DNA of 64,000 nt from Mobula hypostoma (Eukaryota). Below are positions 1 through 13,842 of the stretch, piece after piece (the first letter of the stretch is position 1; the number at the start of each line of letters is the position of its first letter). The notes beneath the pieces were generated by a model, which had not been told where the DNA came from, did no database searches, and saw only the letters and a program-made list of their open reading frames with translations. A program made the position numbers and the translations under genes. The stretch lies in NCBI RefSeq assembly GCF_963921235.1, contig NC_086097.1:67024001-67088000 (forward strand), given 5' to 3'.

Positions 1-444
1 ACAAGCAAATTGTGCTGTCATCGTTTTACATAAATGCCCATAAGACCTTGGCTGTGAAACTGAAGCCTGCCTAGTTCCAGTGGTATCATTGATTTTTATC
101 AAATTATATCCACTAATCTAGTTTTCACAATCATTGCTTACTAAGGATAGCCTTAAATAAGGTGTTTTTAAGAATGCCACCATTGAATTTCACTCTGTTG
201 ATTATACTGCAGGAATAGAAATTTGCTTTGAGTAAAATTAATGTGCTTGCATCATGCAGTATGTTACTTTGGAGGATAGTCACATAGTTCAAAAAACGTG
301 TATGCTACAGGGTTGGTTTCTATGGCCCAGATTGTAGTTAGCTAGGATTTTTATATCTATTATGTCTTGAGAGCTAAATTGCATACTACTATTGATATTC
401 TTGTACACTTAATGTTGTTATTTAATGTTCACATTACCTGGCAG

Positions 445-549
445 ATATCGCAAGAGAAAAGAAGAACGACTAAGAGAGCAAGAACAAAGGTTCAAGGAGA
501 GGCATGATCAGCTGAAAGAAGAACAGAGAAATTCAAAGGGAAATTCAGT
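445..549 (+). CDS. BAZ1A: BAZ1A coding exon (first in window; coiled-coil region after DDT/WHIM1)
   Basis: ggcag|...|gtaagt; 105 nt; YRKRKEERLREQEQRFKERHDQLKEEQRNSKGNS resembles human IRKRKEEKLKEQEQKMKEKQEKLKEDEQRNS. Confidence 0.92.
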
Positions 550-789
550 GTAAGTTTTTAGTGACGGCTCAGTGAAGTCATTTCATGCTTTTAAAAAGTC
601 CAAATTTGAAAGCCTTGAGTTCTGATATGTAAAGAATGGTTCAAAAGCAACTTGGCGCAACTAATTTTTTTTATGGCTGTGGGTACAATGTTAAATGTTT
701 CATGTAGCAACAGCAGGGCCTAGACCATATTTTTGGTTCTGCCGTACAAAAATATACATGAATACTGCTTTATTTCATATTAACCCAAT

Positions 790-2545
790 TTTAAACTAAT
801 TTGGCAGGAGTTTGGGAACCGGAATGATAGGGCGGAGGATGGGCAGTGGGTATACAAGTAGATGCAGAGTGTAGTGAGACTGTGAAGAAGGACAGGCAGT
901 TGATTGGGCAAAATTGCAGTCTGTGGGATGAGTTGGAGTGTAAAATAGGGGCAAAATCAAAAAGGGTGAAGAATACAGCACTGCAGGTGTTATATTTGAA
1001 TATACGCAGTACTGAATAAGGTAGATAATCTTGTAGTGCAGTTAGAGATTGAGGGATTTGAATATGCAGGTAGATTGGGAAGATAAGGTTGGTGCTGGAT
1101 CCCAAGGGAGGAAATTTGTAGAATGCCTATGAGATGGCATTTTAGAGTGGTTGAGCCCACTTGGGAAAAGACAATTCTGGTTCAGGTATTGTGTAATGAG
1201 CCAGATTTAAGGTAAAGGAACCCTTGGGAGACAGTGATCATAATATGATAAAATTTGCCTTCAGTTTGATAGGCAGAAGATAGTCAGATATATCAGTGAA
1301 GTAAAGGGAATTGGAGGCATGAGAGAGGAGCTTGCCAAAGTTGATTGAAATAGGGCACAAGCAAGGATGATAGCAGAACAACAATGGCTGGAGTTTCTGG
1401 AGGCAGCTTGGAAAGTGCAGAATAGATAGATCCCAAAGAAAATGTAATATTCTAAAGGCAGGATGAGGCAACCTGTGGCTGATAAGGAAGTCAAAGACAG
1501 CATAAAAGAAAGAGAGGGCATTTAATACAGCAGATTAGTGGATAGTTAGATGATTGGGAAGTTTTTAAAACCAATAGAAGGCATCTTTTAAAAAAAAAAG
1601 AAGCCAAAAGGAGAGAAACGATGAAATATCAAGGTCAGCTAGCCAATGATATCAGGATATCAAAATATACATATGAAGGGTAAAAGAGAGGCAAGAGTGG
1701 ATATCAGACTACTGGAAAATGATGTTGGAGAGGTAGTAATGGAAGACAAAGAAATGGCATCAGTCTTCACTGTGGAAGACGCTAGCAGTATGCCAGAAAT
1801 TTGAGTGTGTTGGGGGCAGAAGTGAGTGTTGTTGTGAAGGTGCTTGGCAAGCTGAAGGTAGATAAATTGCGGGAAAGATATTAGCATGGATAGAAAACTG
1901 ACTGGCAGGAGGCAAAGAGTGGGAATAAAAGGGGCCTTTTCTGGCGAGCTACCCATGACTAGTCATGTTACACAGCAGTCTGTGTTGGGATGACTTCTTG
2001 TTGTATGTCAATAATTTGGATGAAGGAATTGATGGCTTTATGGCCAAGTTTGCAGATGATATGAATATAGGTGGAGGGGCTGGTGGTGGTGTGGGTGCAA
2101 TGTTCGCATGAAGCCTGCAGAAGGAAAATGGGCAAAGAAGTGGCAGATGGAACTTGGTATGGGGAGGTGTATGATCATGCATTTTGGTCAAAGGAATAAA
2201 AGCATAGTCTATTTTCTGAACTGGCAGAAAATTCAAATATCAGAGTTTCAAAGGGGCTTTGGAGTCCTTGTGCAGGATTCCCTAAAGGTTAACTTTCAGG
2301 TTGAGTTTGTAGTAAGGAAGGCAAATGCATTGTTAGCATTCTTCTCAAGAGAACTAAAATATAAGAGCAAGGATGTAATGTTGAGACTTTATAAGGCATT
2401 GGTCAGACCACACTAGGAATATTGTGAGCAGTTTTGGGCCTCTTACCTAAGGAAACATGTGCTGTATTTTAGAGGGTCCAGAGGAGGTCCACGGGAATGA
2501 TTCTGCGAATGAAAGTGTTAACTCGAATGTTTAATGGCTCTGATC
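790..2545 (+). mobile_element. Degraded CR1 LINE (endonuclease and RT remnants)
   Basis: KFADD-encoding remnant near 2045; ORF 2108-2416 KWAKKWQME...KDVMLRLYKALVRPH. Confidence 0.9.
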
Positions 2546-2549
2546 CTGT

Positions 2550-3480
2550 ACTCCACTACTTTTTGTAGGATTTTCATTTCAGGGGCATTGGTGTTTCCAT
2601 ACCAGGCTGTGATGCAGCCAGTCAGTATGCTCGGCATCAAAGCTTTAGATGTCATGTCAAATCTTTGCAAAATCCTAAGCAAGTAGAGGTGCTGCTGTGC
2701 TTTCTTCATAATTGCACTCGCATGCTGGGCCCAGGACAGGTGCTCTGAAATGATTGCAACAAGGAACTTAAAGTTGCTGGCTCTTGCCACCTCTGATTCC
2801 CTGATGAGAACAGACTCATGGACCTCTGAAGTTAATAATCAGTTCCTTGGTCTTGCTGACATTGAGTAAGAGGTCATTGTGCCACCACTCAGTCATATTT
2901 TCAGTCTCTCGCCTATATGCTGATTCAGCCTGCGACAGTGGTGTCGTCAGCAAACTTGAATATGGCATTGGAGCAATGCTTAGCCACACAGTTGTAAGTG
3001 CAAAGTGATAGAGCAGAGGGATAAGCATGCTACCATGTAGTGCACCTGTGCTGATGGAGGTGGTGGAGAAGATGTTGCCAATCCAAACAGGTTAGGGTCT
3101 GCATGTAAGGAAATAGAGGATGCAATTGCATGAGGAGGTATTGAGGCCAAGGTCTTCAAGCTTATTGATTAGCTTTGAGGGAATGATGGTATTTAATGTC
3201 GAGCTTTAGTTGTAGGGCATTCTGATGTACGTACCTTTACTGTCCAGCTGTTCCATTTGAGTGGAGTATCAATGAGATGGCATGTGCTGTGGAACTTTTG
3301 TGCCAATAGGCACATTGGAGTGGATCCAAGTTGCTGCTCAGACAGGTGTTGATGTGTTTCATCACCAACTTCTCAAAACACTTCATCCCTTTGGATGTAA
3401 GTGCTCCTATGCGATGGCCATTGTGGCGGCTTACCATGTTCTTTAAGCACCAGTATAATTGAAGCCTGCTTGAAGTAGAT
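2550..3480 (-). mobile_element. Degraded Rex/Babar-type non-LTR retrotransposon RT fragment
   Basis: KCFEKLVMKHINTCLSSNLDPLQ, LNVSKTKELIINFR, SILTGCITAWYGN. Confidence 0.8.
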
Positions 3481-4121
3481 GGGTATCTCAGACTACCAAA
3501 GTGAGAAGTTAAAGATCTCAGTGAATACTTCAGTCAGTTGATAGGGCACAGGTCTATTTGGACAGGTACCCCATTTGAGCCTCAGAGACTGAAATTACAG
3601 GATTATCGGTGCAAGTTAGTGACGGTTCCTCTGTTTTGATGGTCTAAGCATATAATCTTGATAGTTATCTTCTGCCATGCCTTTCAAATTTTTATACAAA
3701 TTTGCTACTTTTCACCACTCTAAGCAATGCTTCTACACAGATTATCATGGTGCTTGGATAGCAAGTTCTTCAACATAGTTCAAAAAATCTTCTTTATTTT
3801 CTTTTAACTTGTTTGTTCAATCATATTGTGTGTTTTTTTCAAATTCCCCCGATATTTAAAATTGTTATCTGGCTTCCCTATTCTGTGAAGAATTGTTTCT
3901 TTTTGGTTCTTCAAACATACTCTCATTTCAGCTGTAACCCAAGCAACAAGTTCAAGGGAGTGGTTTTATTTTGAATGCAGAAGGAAATCTACTTTTTCTG
4001 TTTCTTTGGTCTATTATCGTAATCAATCCTCATTTTCATAGGTGGGCCATATTCTTCCAGTTTGTTATGTGCCTTCAACTCCATCCTAATCTGATTTGGG
4101 AGGAAATCAGGTTTTAAAAAA

Positions 4122-4305
4122 AGAATGCTGAAGAGCACATTGGATCAGTTGGCATGTGTGGAAGTAAAAAGTGCAAGTCAAGACCCTAATCAGTCCTGAT
4201 GCAAGGTCTCAACTTAAAATGTTAACTTTCATCTTTTGGCTCCCCAGTTGCTGACTGATTCACTTAGTTCTTCTAACATTTTGTTTATTCCAGATTGTAG
4301 CATCA
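4122..4305. mobile_element. Old fold-back Penelope-terminus-derived repeat with decayed hammerhead motif
   Basis: Diverged homolog of 42261-42487; cagtc-CTGATGC-aaggtctcaactt-AAAA at 4191-4219. Confidence 0.55.
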
Positions 4306-5441
4306 GTCGTCTGTTAGTCTGGAAGACTGAATTGTTAGCCGAGAATAAATTGGACCTCTATAGGAAGCCCAAAAAAGCTGGCAAATGTGTTCTTTATTGT
4401 GAAGAAATGTAAAATGTTTTCATCAGTAACGTACTGGTAACTTAGAGGGTTTGATTTAATCACCTATACCAAAGTTGTGCGATTGATGAGCTGGCAACAT
4501 TGCCAAACCAGAAATGAGCAAAAATATGGACCCTAAATAAATAGAATAATGGGATAGATTTCAAAGTTATGGGATTTTATGTCGCACCTTAAATATCTTG
4601 AAATATTCTAGTGAACAAATTTATTTTAGATGTTTTATCACTTTGAAAAACAGTCACATGACAGTCTTTCAAATTCACAGGCCATGATTACTTTCCAATA
4701 CTTCTAAGAAATGAATGTAGGTTGGGACAGAAGAGCTTTCTTGTAGTCAAACTTTAGATATGGTTTTGGCCATCAGAAAAGGCAGCTGGGGCCTCCATTT
4801 AATGTTTTATTTGCATTTCTAATAATGCAAGAAGGACAAAAATGATTACCTGGGCATCTATTTTGGCACAGGACCAGTGGATAAAGTGGCATTGTTCCAT
4901 ATTAGCTGGCTGTTGCATTCTTATTTTAAAAGATAGAACACTGCTTTTGATCAGCATTCTGAAGTTATCTCTTGTTCACCAAAATCTTGTTCTCTCAAAT
5001 CAGTCTCTTCGTTGGACTGTTCATTGATTTCATTCTCCCCTTGATGAGTTCCTTGGTCTACTTTGCTTTCAAGAAGAAGGATGTCATGGTCTATGTAGAT
5101 TTACTGTATAATTTTTGTTTATATTTGTAAGCTTATTTAGTTTAAGTATTCGTCACTTAAACTTCAGTCATTGTTACAGAGGCTATGATGCCATACAGTA
5201 GCAAATAAACTAATTGTTGTCTATTCAAGTCAGTTTCTTTTTATCCAGACCAAAAAAAATTACCATAGATGAAGTTGTATTGTTTAATCAACTTGATCAA
5301 AGCAATTTGAAGGTACGTTGGGATCTGGCCAAGGAACCTGACTTGGTGTGGAATATGACTAGTTATAGATTTAGGGGGAGGGATTACTGAATTATTATGG
5401 GAATATCTTGGCTTGCTTGTCAATATAAGTTATTTCTAAAG

Positions 5442-5584
5442 TGAAGAAGATATGATTCGGAACACAACTCAGGAAGAGCTCAGCACCAGCACAGAAAGCC
5501 AGGAGTCTGCACACAGAGATCGTGGGTGTGATACAGCCACAGAAGATGAAGAAGAATTGGGATCATGTAAAAAGGGACAAAAAG
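5442..5584 (+). CDS. BAZ1A: BAZ1A coding exon
   Basis: ttctaaag|...|gttagt; 143 nt; EEDMIRNTTQEELSTSTESQ...TEDEEELGSCKKGQK resembles human DFDTSIESK...TEDEDDPGSHKRGRR; phases fit both neighbours; acceptor is a weak AAG. Confidence 0.85.
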
Positions 5585-5963
5585 GTTAGTCTGAGAATTG
5601 CAATTCCCTACATTTCTTTTCACTATGACAATGTAGAACAGTACAGCACTGGATAAGCCATGATTACATTCATGATGTGCCAATTTTGATGCCAATTTGT
5701 ACTAAGTATCTTCCTGCTGTGTATTATCCATATTCCTCCATTCTCTTCATATTCGTGTGACTTTCTAAAAACTGCTTAAACACCACCAAACTTCAACCCC
5801 AGTAATCTATTCTGTGCACCTTAATATTCCCTGCATGTAAAAAGAAAACTTGCCCCTCACGTCACCTTTAAACTTCCTGTCTCCCCACCACCCAAACCCT
5901 GAAATGTTTGTCCTCTGGTGTTTGACATTTTACCTGGGGGAAATTCTATCTAAGCTAGTCATA

Positions 5964-8900
5964 GAACATAGAACAGTACAGGCCCTCCGGCCTACATTGT
6001 TGTGCTGACCCTTAAACCTCGCCTCCCATATAACCCCCCCACCTTAAATTCCTCCATATACCTGTCTAGTAGTCTCTTAAACTTCACTAGTGTATCTGCC
6101 TCCACACTGACTCAGGCAGTGCATTCCATGCACCAACCACTCTCTGAGTAAAAAAACCTTCCTCTAATATCCCCTTTGAACTTCCCACCCCTTACCTTAA
6201 AGCCATGTCCTCTTGTATTGAGCAGTGGTGCCCTGGGGAAGAGGTGCTGGCTCTCCACTCTATCTGTTCCTCTTAATAACTTGTGTAGCCCCCCTGGCCA
6301 GCCTCGGGGTCGCTCGGCTCGCTGTCATCTAGGGAAACAGCCCTCGGCCCCGCCAAACTGGATAATTAGTTTGTGTGGATGCTGTGTGATATACCCCACC
6401 CCGCCCAGATAACAGACAATACACCAGATACGATTAAATGATTTACAGTTTATAGATATTACTGGAACTATATAATTAATAGAGAATAAAATATAAAAGG
6501 AAAATAAAAGGCGCCACACTTATCAAAGTTCAATCTCTTCGTGCACAAAAAAAGTTGGAGCTCAAGACCCTCCTTCTTCCTTCGACCCCTCGGACCACCT
6601 CGACCAGCCGCCTGGGACCAACAACAGTGGTCAACCAGACGCTCTACACGAGTCCGTCTCTGTCTCCTCTCCTCGCCGAACGCCCCGCTTGGGGTCTGAC
6701 CCTGTTAGTGGACTCACAGCACCTGGTCCATACTCTGTCTCTCTCTCTCCCGCCTTCTTCCCAAAACCCCGTGCATACAGTATCTTCAAATACATCAAAA
6801 ACATAACAACTATCCCAATTGGTTCATAACATCTTCTTATCAGTAACGTGATTCAACAAACTGCTAGCGGGAAGGTCTTTCTCAGCGTTTAACATAACAA
6901 AGAAGCATTCCCAAGTATAACATAGCAAAGAAGCCATTTTAAATTTAACATACAAAAAAATACCCGTACACTTGTATACCTCTATCATGTCTCCTCTCAT
7001 CCTCCTCTTCTCCAGAGAGTAAAGCCCTAGCTCCCTTAATCTCTGATCATAATCCATACTCTCTAAACCAGGCAGCATCCTGGTAAATCTCCTCTGTACC
7101 CTTTCCAATGCTTCCACATCCTTCCTATAGTGACGCGACCAGAACTGGACACAGTACTCCAAGTGTGGCCTAACCAGAGTTTTATAGAGCTGCATCATTA
7201 CCCCGCGACTCTTAAACTCTATCCCTCCACTTATGAAAGCTAACACTTCATAAGCTTTCTTAACTACCCTATCTATCTGTGAGGCAACTTTCAGGGACCT
7301 GTGGACATGTATCTGCTCCTCCACACTTCCAAATATCCTGCCATTTACTTTGTAATCTGCCTTGGAGTTTGTCCTTCCAAAGTGTACCACCTCACACTTC
7401 TCCGGGTTGAACTCCATTTGCCACTTCTCAGCCCACTTCTGCATCCTATCAATGTCTCTCTGCAATCTTCGACAATCCTCTACACTATCTACAACACCAC
7501 CAACCTTTGTGTCATCTGCAAACTTGCCAACCCACCCTTCTACCCCCACATTCAGGTCGTTAATAAAAATCACGAAAAGTAGAGGTCCCAGAACCGATCC
7601 TTGTGGGACACCACTAGTCACAACCCTCCAATTCGAATGTACTCCTTCCGCCACGACCCTCTGCTTTCTGCAGGCAAGCCAATTCTGAATCCACCTGGCC
7701 AAACTTCCCTGGATCCCATGCCTTCTGACTTTCTGAATGAGCCTACCATGTGGAACCTTGTAAAACCCATATAGATCACATCCACTGCACTACCCTCTTC
7801 TATATGCCTGGTCACCACCTCAAAGAACTCTATCAGGCTTGTTAGACATGATCTGCCCTTCACAAAGCCATGTTGACTGTCCTGATCAGACCATGATTCT
7901 CTGAATGCCCATAGATCCTATCTTTAAGAATCATTTCCAACAGCTTTCCCACCACAGATGTAAGGCTCAGTGGTCTATAATTACCTGGACTATCCCTACG
8001 AACTTTTTTTGAACAAGGGGACAACATTCGCCTCCCTCCAATCCTCCAGTACCATCCCTGTGGACAACGAGGACATAAAGATCCTAGCCAGAGGCTCAGC
8101 AATCTCTTCCCTCACCTCGTGGAGCAGCCTGGGGAATATTCCCTCAGGCCCTGGGAACTTATCCGTTCTAATGTATTTTAACAACTCCAACACCTCCTCT
8201 CCCTTAATATCAACATGCTCCAGAACGTCAACCTCACTCATATTGTCCTCACCATCATCAAGTTCCCTCTCATTGGTGAATACCGAAGAGAAGTATTCAT
8301 TGGGGACTTTGCTCACTTCCACAGCCTCCAGGCACATCTTCCCACCTTTATCTCTAATTGGTCCTGTCTTCACTCCTGTCATCCTTTTGTTCTTCACATA
8401 ATTAAAGAATGCCTTGGGGTTTTCCTTTACCCTACTCGTCAAGGCCTTCTCATGCCTCCTTCTTGCTCTCCTCAGCTGCTCCTCAGACCCATCTGATCCT
8501 TGCTTCCTCAACCTCATGTATGCTGCCGCCTTCCACCTGACTAGATTCTCCACCTCACTTGTCACCCATGGTTCCTTCACCCTACCATTCTTTATCTTCC
8601 TCACCGGGACAAGTTTATCCCTAACATCCCGAAACACCGACCACATGTCCATAGTACATTTCCCTGCCAAAACATCATCCCAATTCACTCCTGCAAGTTC
8701 TAGCCTTATAGCCTCGTAATTTGCCCTTCCCCAATTAAAAATTTTCCTGTCCTCTCTGACTCTATCCTTTTCCATGATAGTGGTAACGACCAGGGAGCGG
8801 TGGTCACTGACCCCCAGATGCTCACCCACTGAGAGATCTGTGACCTGACCCGGTTCATTACCTAGTACTAGATCTAGTATGGCATTCCCCCGGTCAGCCT

Positions 8901-9832
8901 GTCCACATACCGTGACAGGAATGCGTCCTGGACACACTTAACAAACTCTGCCCCATCTAAACCCTTGGAACTAATCAGGTGCCAATTAATATTAGGGAAG
9001 TTAAAGTCACCCATGATAACAACCCTGTTATTTTTGCACCTTTCCAAAATCTGCCTTCCAATCTGCTCCTCTGTATCTCTGCTGCTACCAGGGGGAGTAT
9101 TCTATAGGCCCAGTAGAGTAACTGCTCCCTTCCTGTTCCTGACTTCCACCCATACTGACTCAAAAGAGGATCCTGCTACATTACCCACCCTTCCTGTAGC
9201 TGTAATAGTATCCCTGACCAGTAATGCCACCCCTCCTCCCCTTTTCCCCCCCCCTCTCTGTCCCTTTTAAAGCATTGAAATCCGAGAATATTGAGAATCC
9301 GTTCCTGCCCTGGTGCCAGCCAATTCTCTGTAATGGCCACCACATCATAATTCCATGTATGTATCCAAGCTCTCAGTTCATCCCCTTTGTTCCTGATGCT
9401 TCTTGCATTGAATTACACACACTTTAGCCCTTCTACCTTACTACCTTTACACCCTTTATTCTGTTTCCCTTTCCTCAAAGCCTCTTTATATGTTAGACCT
9501 GGCTTTACTCCATGCACTATACTTGCAGTTCTCACATGACCTTTATCCTCCTCCACCTCACTATCAGCTCTAACACTCTGGTTCCCCTCCCCCTGCAAAT
9601 CTAGTTTAAACCCCCCGGAGCAGCACTAGCAAACTTTCCTGCAAGGATGTTAGTCCCCCTCCAGTTCAGGTGCAACCTGTCCCGTCGGAACAGAGCCCAC
9701 CTTCCCTGGAACAAGGCCCAATTGTCCAGAAACATGAAGCCCTCCCTCCTGCACCAACTCCTTAGCCACATATTTAGCTGCATTATCTTCCTATTTCTAG
9801 CCTCACTCGCACATGGTACGGGTAGCAATCCT
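5964..9832 (-). mobile_element. Younger CR1 LINE: 3' end of ORF1 (SGNH esterase-like) and frameshifted ORF2 (APE endonuclease and RT)
   Basis: ORFs 9601-9837 (RDRLHLNWRG), 7996-8937 (LDLVL, SDH), 6824-7702 (GVPQGSVLGP, KFADD); (catagaa)n tail; GTCATA TSD. Confidence 0.95.
6284..6970. mobile_element. Solo LTR (Gypsy-type likely) inserted in CR1
   Basis: TGTA...TACA termini; 4-bp TSD CTTG (6280-6283 and 6971-6974); 687 bp; the CR1 sequence resumes exactly on both sides. Confidence 0.85.
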
Positions 9833-9929
9833 GTCATAATTTGAAAAACCCCTATCAGTTCTCACTTCAGCCCCCAATGATCTAGGGAGAACCATTCAAG
9901 TAGCACTCACATCTACAATGACGAAAAGA

Positions 9930-11021
9930 CTAGAGTGAACTCCTGCTTCTGCAAGGACTTGGACCTACTGCCATTTGCCTATTGCCACAATAGGTCTACG
10001 GCAGACGCAATCTCAATGGCCCTTCACGTGGCCCTTGATCACCTGGACAGTACAAACACCTATGTCAGGATGCTTTTTGTTGACCATACTTTGCCTTTAA
10101 TACCATCATTCCTACAGTCCTGATCGATAAGCTTCAGAAACCTGGGCCTCTATCTCCCTCTGCAATTGGACCCTTGACTTCCTAACCAGAAGTGGATTGG
10201 TAATAATATCTCCTCCTCGCTGACAATCAACACTGGTGCCCATTGCTCTATTTCCTCTATACCCATAACTGTGTGGCTAGTTACAGCTCAAATGCCGTCT
10301 AAAAAATTTGCTGATGATACAGCCATTGTTGGTAGAATCTCAGATGGAGACAAGGCATATAGGTCCAAGATGTACCAGTTAGTTGAGTGGAGTCACAGAA
10401 ACAACCTGGCACTCAATATCAGTAAGACTAAAGAGCTGACTGTGGACTTGAAGGGCAAGATAAGGGAACACTAAACAATTCTCATGAGGGATCCATTGAG
10501 CAATTTCAAGTTCTTGGGTGTCAAGATCTCTGAGAATCATACCTGATCCCAACATATTGATACAGCTATAATGAAGACTTGATAGTGGCTATATTTCATT
10601 CAGAGTTTGAAAAGATTTGGTTTGTCACCTTAAACACTCAAACTTCAGATGTACCTTGGAGATCATTCTGACAGGCTATCTGGTGTGCGAGGGTCCTGAG
10701 GAAGGGTCTCAGCCTGAAACGTCAACCATTTACTCTCTTCCATAGACGCTGTCTGGCCTGAGGTCCTCCAGCATTTTGTGTGTTGCTTGGATTTCCAGCA
10801 TCTGCAGATTTTCTCTTGTTTGTGATTGAACACTACCTCTTTTTTAAAATATTATTTCTGTTTTTGCATTACTTTTAATTATTTAATATGTGTATATACA
10901 TTATTTATTGTAACTGATTTCCTTTTTCTCCCCCCTATATTGTCGTGTATTGCATTGCACTGCCGGCGCGAAGTTAACAAATTTCACAAAATACGCTGGT
11001 GATATTAAACCTGATTCTGAT
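9930..11021 (+). mobile_element. Degraded Rex/Babar-type non-LTR element, RT to 3' tail
   Basis: [25 protein letters not shown]...VRMLFVD; KFADDTAIVGRIS; (ctgatt)n tail. Confidence 0.82.
10691..10832 (+). mobile_element. Penelope-terminus fragment with hammerhead core
   Basis: ggtc-CTGAGGA-agggtctcagcct-GAAA-cg-TC-aacc; downstream sequence homologous to the arm at 42397-42487. Confidence 0.75.
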
Positions 11022-11588
11022 TGAAGTTTGTACAACTCTTCCTTACAACTTGTACTCTAATCCAGGCAGCATTTTGCACACTTAGTCTCCACATCCTTCC
11101 TATAATGGGGTGACTAGAACTGTATCCAATACTCCACATGTGCTCTAATTAAAGTTTTATATAGTTGTAGCGTGACTTTGCTTTTGTACACAACGTGCTT
11201 AAGAATGAAGGCAGGTGTGCCATACGCATCTACCATCTTATCCACTTACGTAGCCACTTTCAGTGAACTGTGGAACTGATCTGGATGTCGTTCTCTGCGG
11301 GAGGCTGCGTCAGGCTGGAGGTCATACCCCATGGAAGGACTGAGTTCAAGCTGTTGCTCTTATCGTTCCGGGCTGGGGACGTTTTTGAAATTCCAAGTCG
11401 TATGCGATTATCAGTGTGGACTGTGGTTTATATTGGTCTCCTTCATTTTTTTTTTGTTTTCTTTCTTTTTGCCAATTAGCGAGTGTACAATACATTTGGT
11501 TTTTTTTGGGTGGGGGGTTGGTGTTTGATGGTATTGTTTTCTTTGTGTGGGAGTGGATTGGGGGGTGGGGTTAGGGATTTGCTGTTTT

Positions 11589-12053
11589 TATGATTTTTTT
11601 AATAAGTTTCTACAGTGCAACACAAAAACAGTAAGAGGTTTATACTGTACAGTGCAAAACAAACATATCAAATGTACAGTTCATAACAGTTAAGGAAAAG
11701 CACCCATAGTAGAATTGTATAAAGTTAGTTACCACCCCACCCTCCCACTACCCAACTCCAAAAGCAACGTTACTATATATAGAAAAGTTAATCAGAACTT
11801 TTATCACCACAGAGCTGTATTTATAAAAAGAAGGTATATTGCCTACTACCTGAGCTATAATATGTTTACACAAAAAAAAACAGTAAGTCTTAATGGAAAG
11901 AAGCTGGGAGTAAGGGATTTAAATGCAAAAGAAAAAAAAAAGGAGGGATAAACCCTTAATCTAAACGGGAATTATGAAAATATTCAAGAAAAGGTCCCCT
12001 TTTGGAAATTCATGTCCGAATTAAGTGAATAATGAATCTTTTCAAGGTCTAAG
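11589..12053 (-). mobile_element. 5'-truncated L1-clade LINE 3' end
   Basis: Minus strand encodes LDLEKIHYSLNSDMNFQK/GPFLEYFHN, like an L1 ORF2 C-terminus; 15-bp near-perfect TSD gggatt(t/a)gctgtttt at 11574-11588 and 12054-12068. Confidence 0.7.
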
Positions 12054-12643
12054 GGGATTAGCTGTTTTAGCTGCCGTGTCCGGGTGGGTGATCTGTTAAC
12101 TTTTGTGCAAGGGAGTGGTTGGGTTTTGCAAGTTCTGTTTCTTTTTCTTTTCCGTGCAGGAGGGGTGCCACAACCTGCTAAATTAAACTCTCATTTGCCA
12201 CTTCTTTGTCCATATCTGTAACTGATCTATATCCTTCTCTATTCTTGGAAAGTCCTTTACACTGTCCACAACTCCACTAATCTTTGTGTCATCTGCAAAC
12301 TTTCTAATCCATCCATTTACATTTTCATCCAAATTGTTGATGTACATCATAAACAAGAGGTTTCAGTAGTGAACATTGGGAATGTTAGTCATAGCCCGTG
12401 AGTGAGAATAACAGCCTTCCACCCCTTCTCACCAATGGACGAGTCAGTTCTGAATCCAAATTTGCAATTCGCTTTCAATCCTTTGCATCTTTATTTTGTG
12501 AGCTGACCTACCATGAGAGACCTATTAAATGCCTTCAAGATTATCATCTGACTGTACGTGTATACAACCAAAGGAAACAACAACCCTCTGGACCACAGTG
12601 CACCCGTAAAACTTACACACACCACATAAAGCAAAATATTACC

Positions 12644-12957
12644 TTCTTTCTTAGGCATCTGTTAGTCTCGTGAGACCATGGATTTGTGCCTTGGAAGGTT
12701 TCTAGGGTGCAGGCCTGGGTGAGATTGTATGGAAGACCAACAGTTGCCCATGCTGCAAGTCTCTTCTCTCCACGCCACCGATGTTGTCCAAGGGAAGGGC
12801 AGTAGGGCTGATATAGCTTAGCACCGGTGTCGTCGTAGAGCAATGTGGGGTTAAGTGCCTTGCTCAAGGACACAACACGCTGCCTCAGCTGAGGCTCGAA
12901 CTAGCGACCTTCAGATCACTAGACCAATGCCTTAACCACTTGGCCATGCGCCAACAC
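12644..12957 (-). mobile_element. tRNA-headed SINE (CORE-like segment, RTE-like body and tail), copy 1
   Basis: A box TGGCCAAGTGG, B box GTTCGAGCC, gtgtccttgagcaaggcacttaacc; homologous over its length to 46913-47225. Confidence 0.88.
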
Positions 12958-13199
12958 TAGAAGTTCATAAAATATAATTCAAAGTGCACGTAGTGCAGAG
13001 CACAGGTAAACAGTGCAGTAAATGTCTCGCTGCCCTAGTGACAAGACCTCAGCCTGAGGGAAGAAATTGTTATCCAGTCTAGCAGTCCAAGTTGTGATGC
13101 TGTTGTACCACCTCAATGGCAGTTGTGGGTCAAAGAAATTGTGGAATGGATGGAAGGAAGCCTCAACAATCTTTGCTCCTTATTAAAGTCTTTGTATGT

Positions 13200-13279
13200 C
13201 AACGGTTCCCAATCTGGGGTCCACGAACTCTTTGCTTATTGTATTGGTCAATGTCATAAAAAAAGTTTGGGAACCCCTG
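13200..13279. mobile_element. Tiny hAT-like MITE remnant
   Basis: Imperfect TIRs caacggttcccaa / ttgggaacccctg enclosing about 55 bp. Confidence 0.5.
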
Positions 13280-13842
13280 ATGTAAATAATATCCACTGCC
13301 TTGCCCTTATCAAACTTGTTTCTCACCTCTTAAGAAATTTGATCAGGTTTGTAAAGAATTGCCTGCTCTGCTTTCCAATGTTTGTAAATCTTTTCTCTCA
13401 GAATCTTCTCCAATAGCTTCCTTACCACTGACTTGAGATTCATTTGCCTATAATTATCTGGATTATTCTTACTTCCTTTCTTGAACAAAGACACAACAGT
13501 TGTCTGGAACTTTGCCTGTTGCTACTGAGGATGCAAAGATCTTTGTCAAAGACCCAGCAATCTCATTTCTTTCAATATTCTGGGATATATGCCATTAGGC
13601 TGTGGGGACTTGTTTGCATTAATATTTTCAAGAAGACCCACCACTACTTCCCCCACTATAACAACCCTATTGACTCTGCGCCTTTCCATAATCTGTGTTC
13701 GTATCTGTTCCTCCACTCCAGTGGTTCTTGGGGAGCCTCTAGTATGCCATCAGTGTAATTACACCTTTCTTATTTCTGAGCCCCCTCCAAATTGCCTCTG
13801 TGGATAAGATCTCCAGTATGACCTCTATCTGTAGTGCAACCC

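Noticed and set aside
6824..7702. 292-aa RT ORF with a novel C-terminus
   Set aside because: CR1 frame reading into the solo LTR; not a gene.
12880..12957. tRNA-like sequence (also 46913-46990 and about 41525-41595)
   Set aside because: A/B boxes are SINE heads followed by SINE bodies; no complete cloverleaf.
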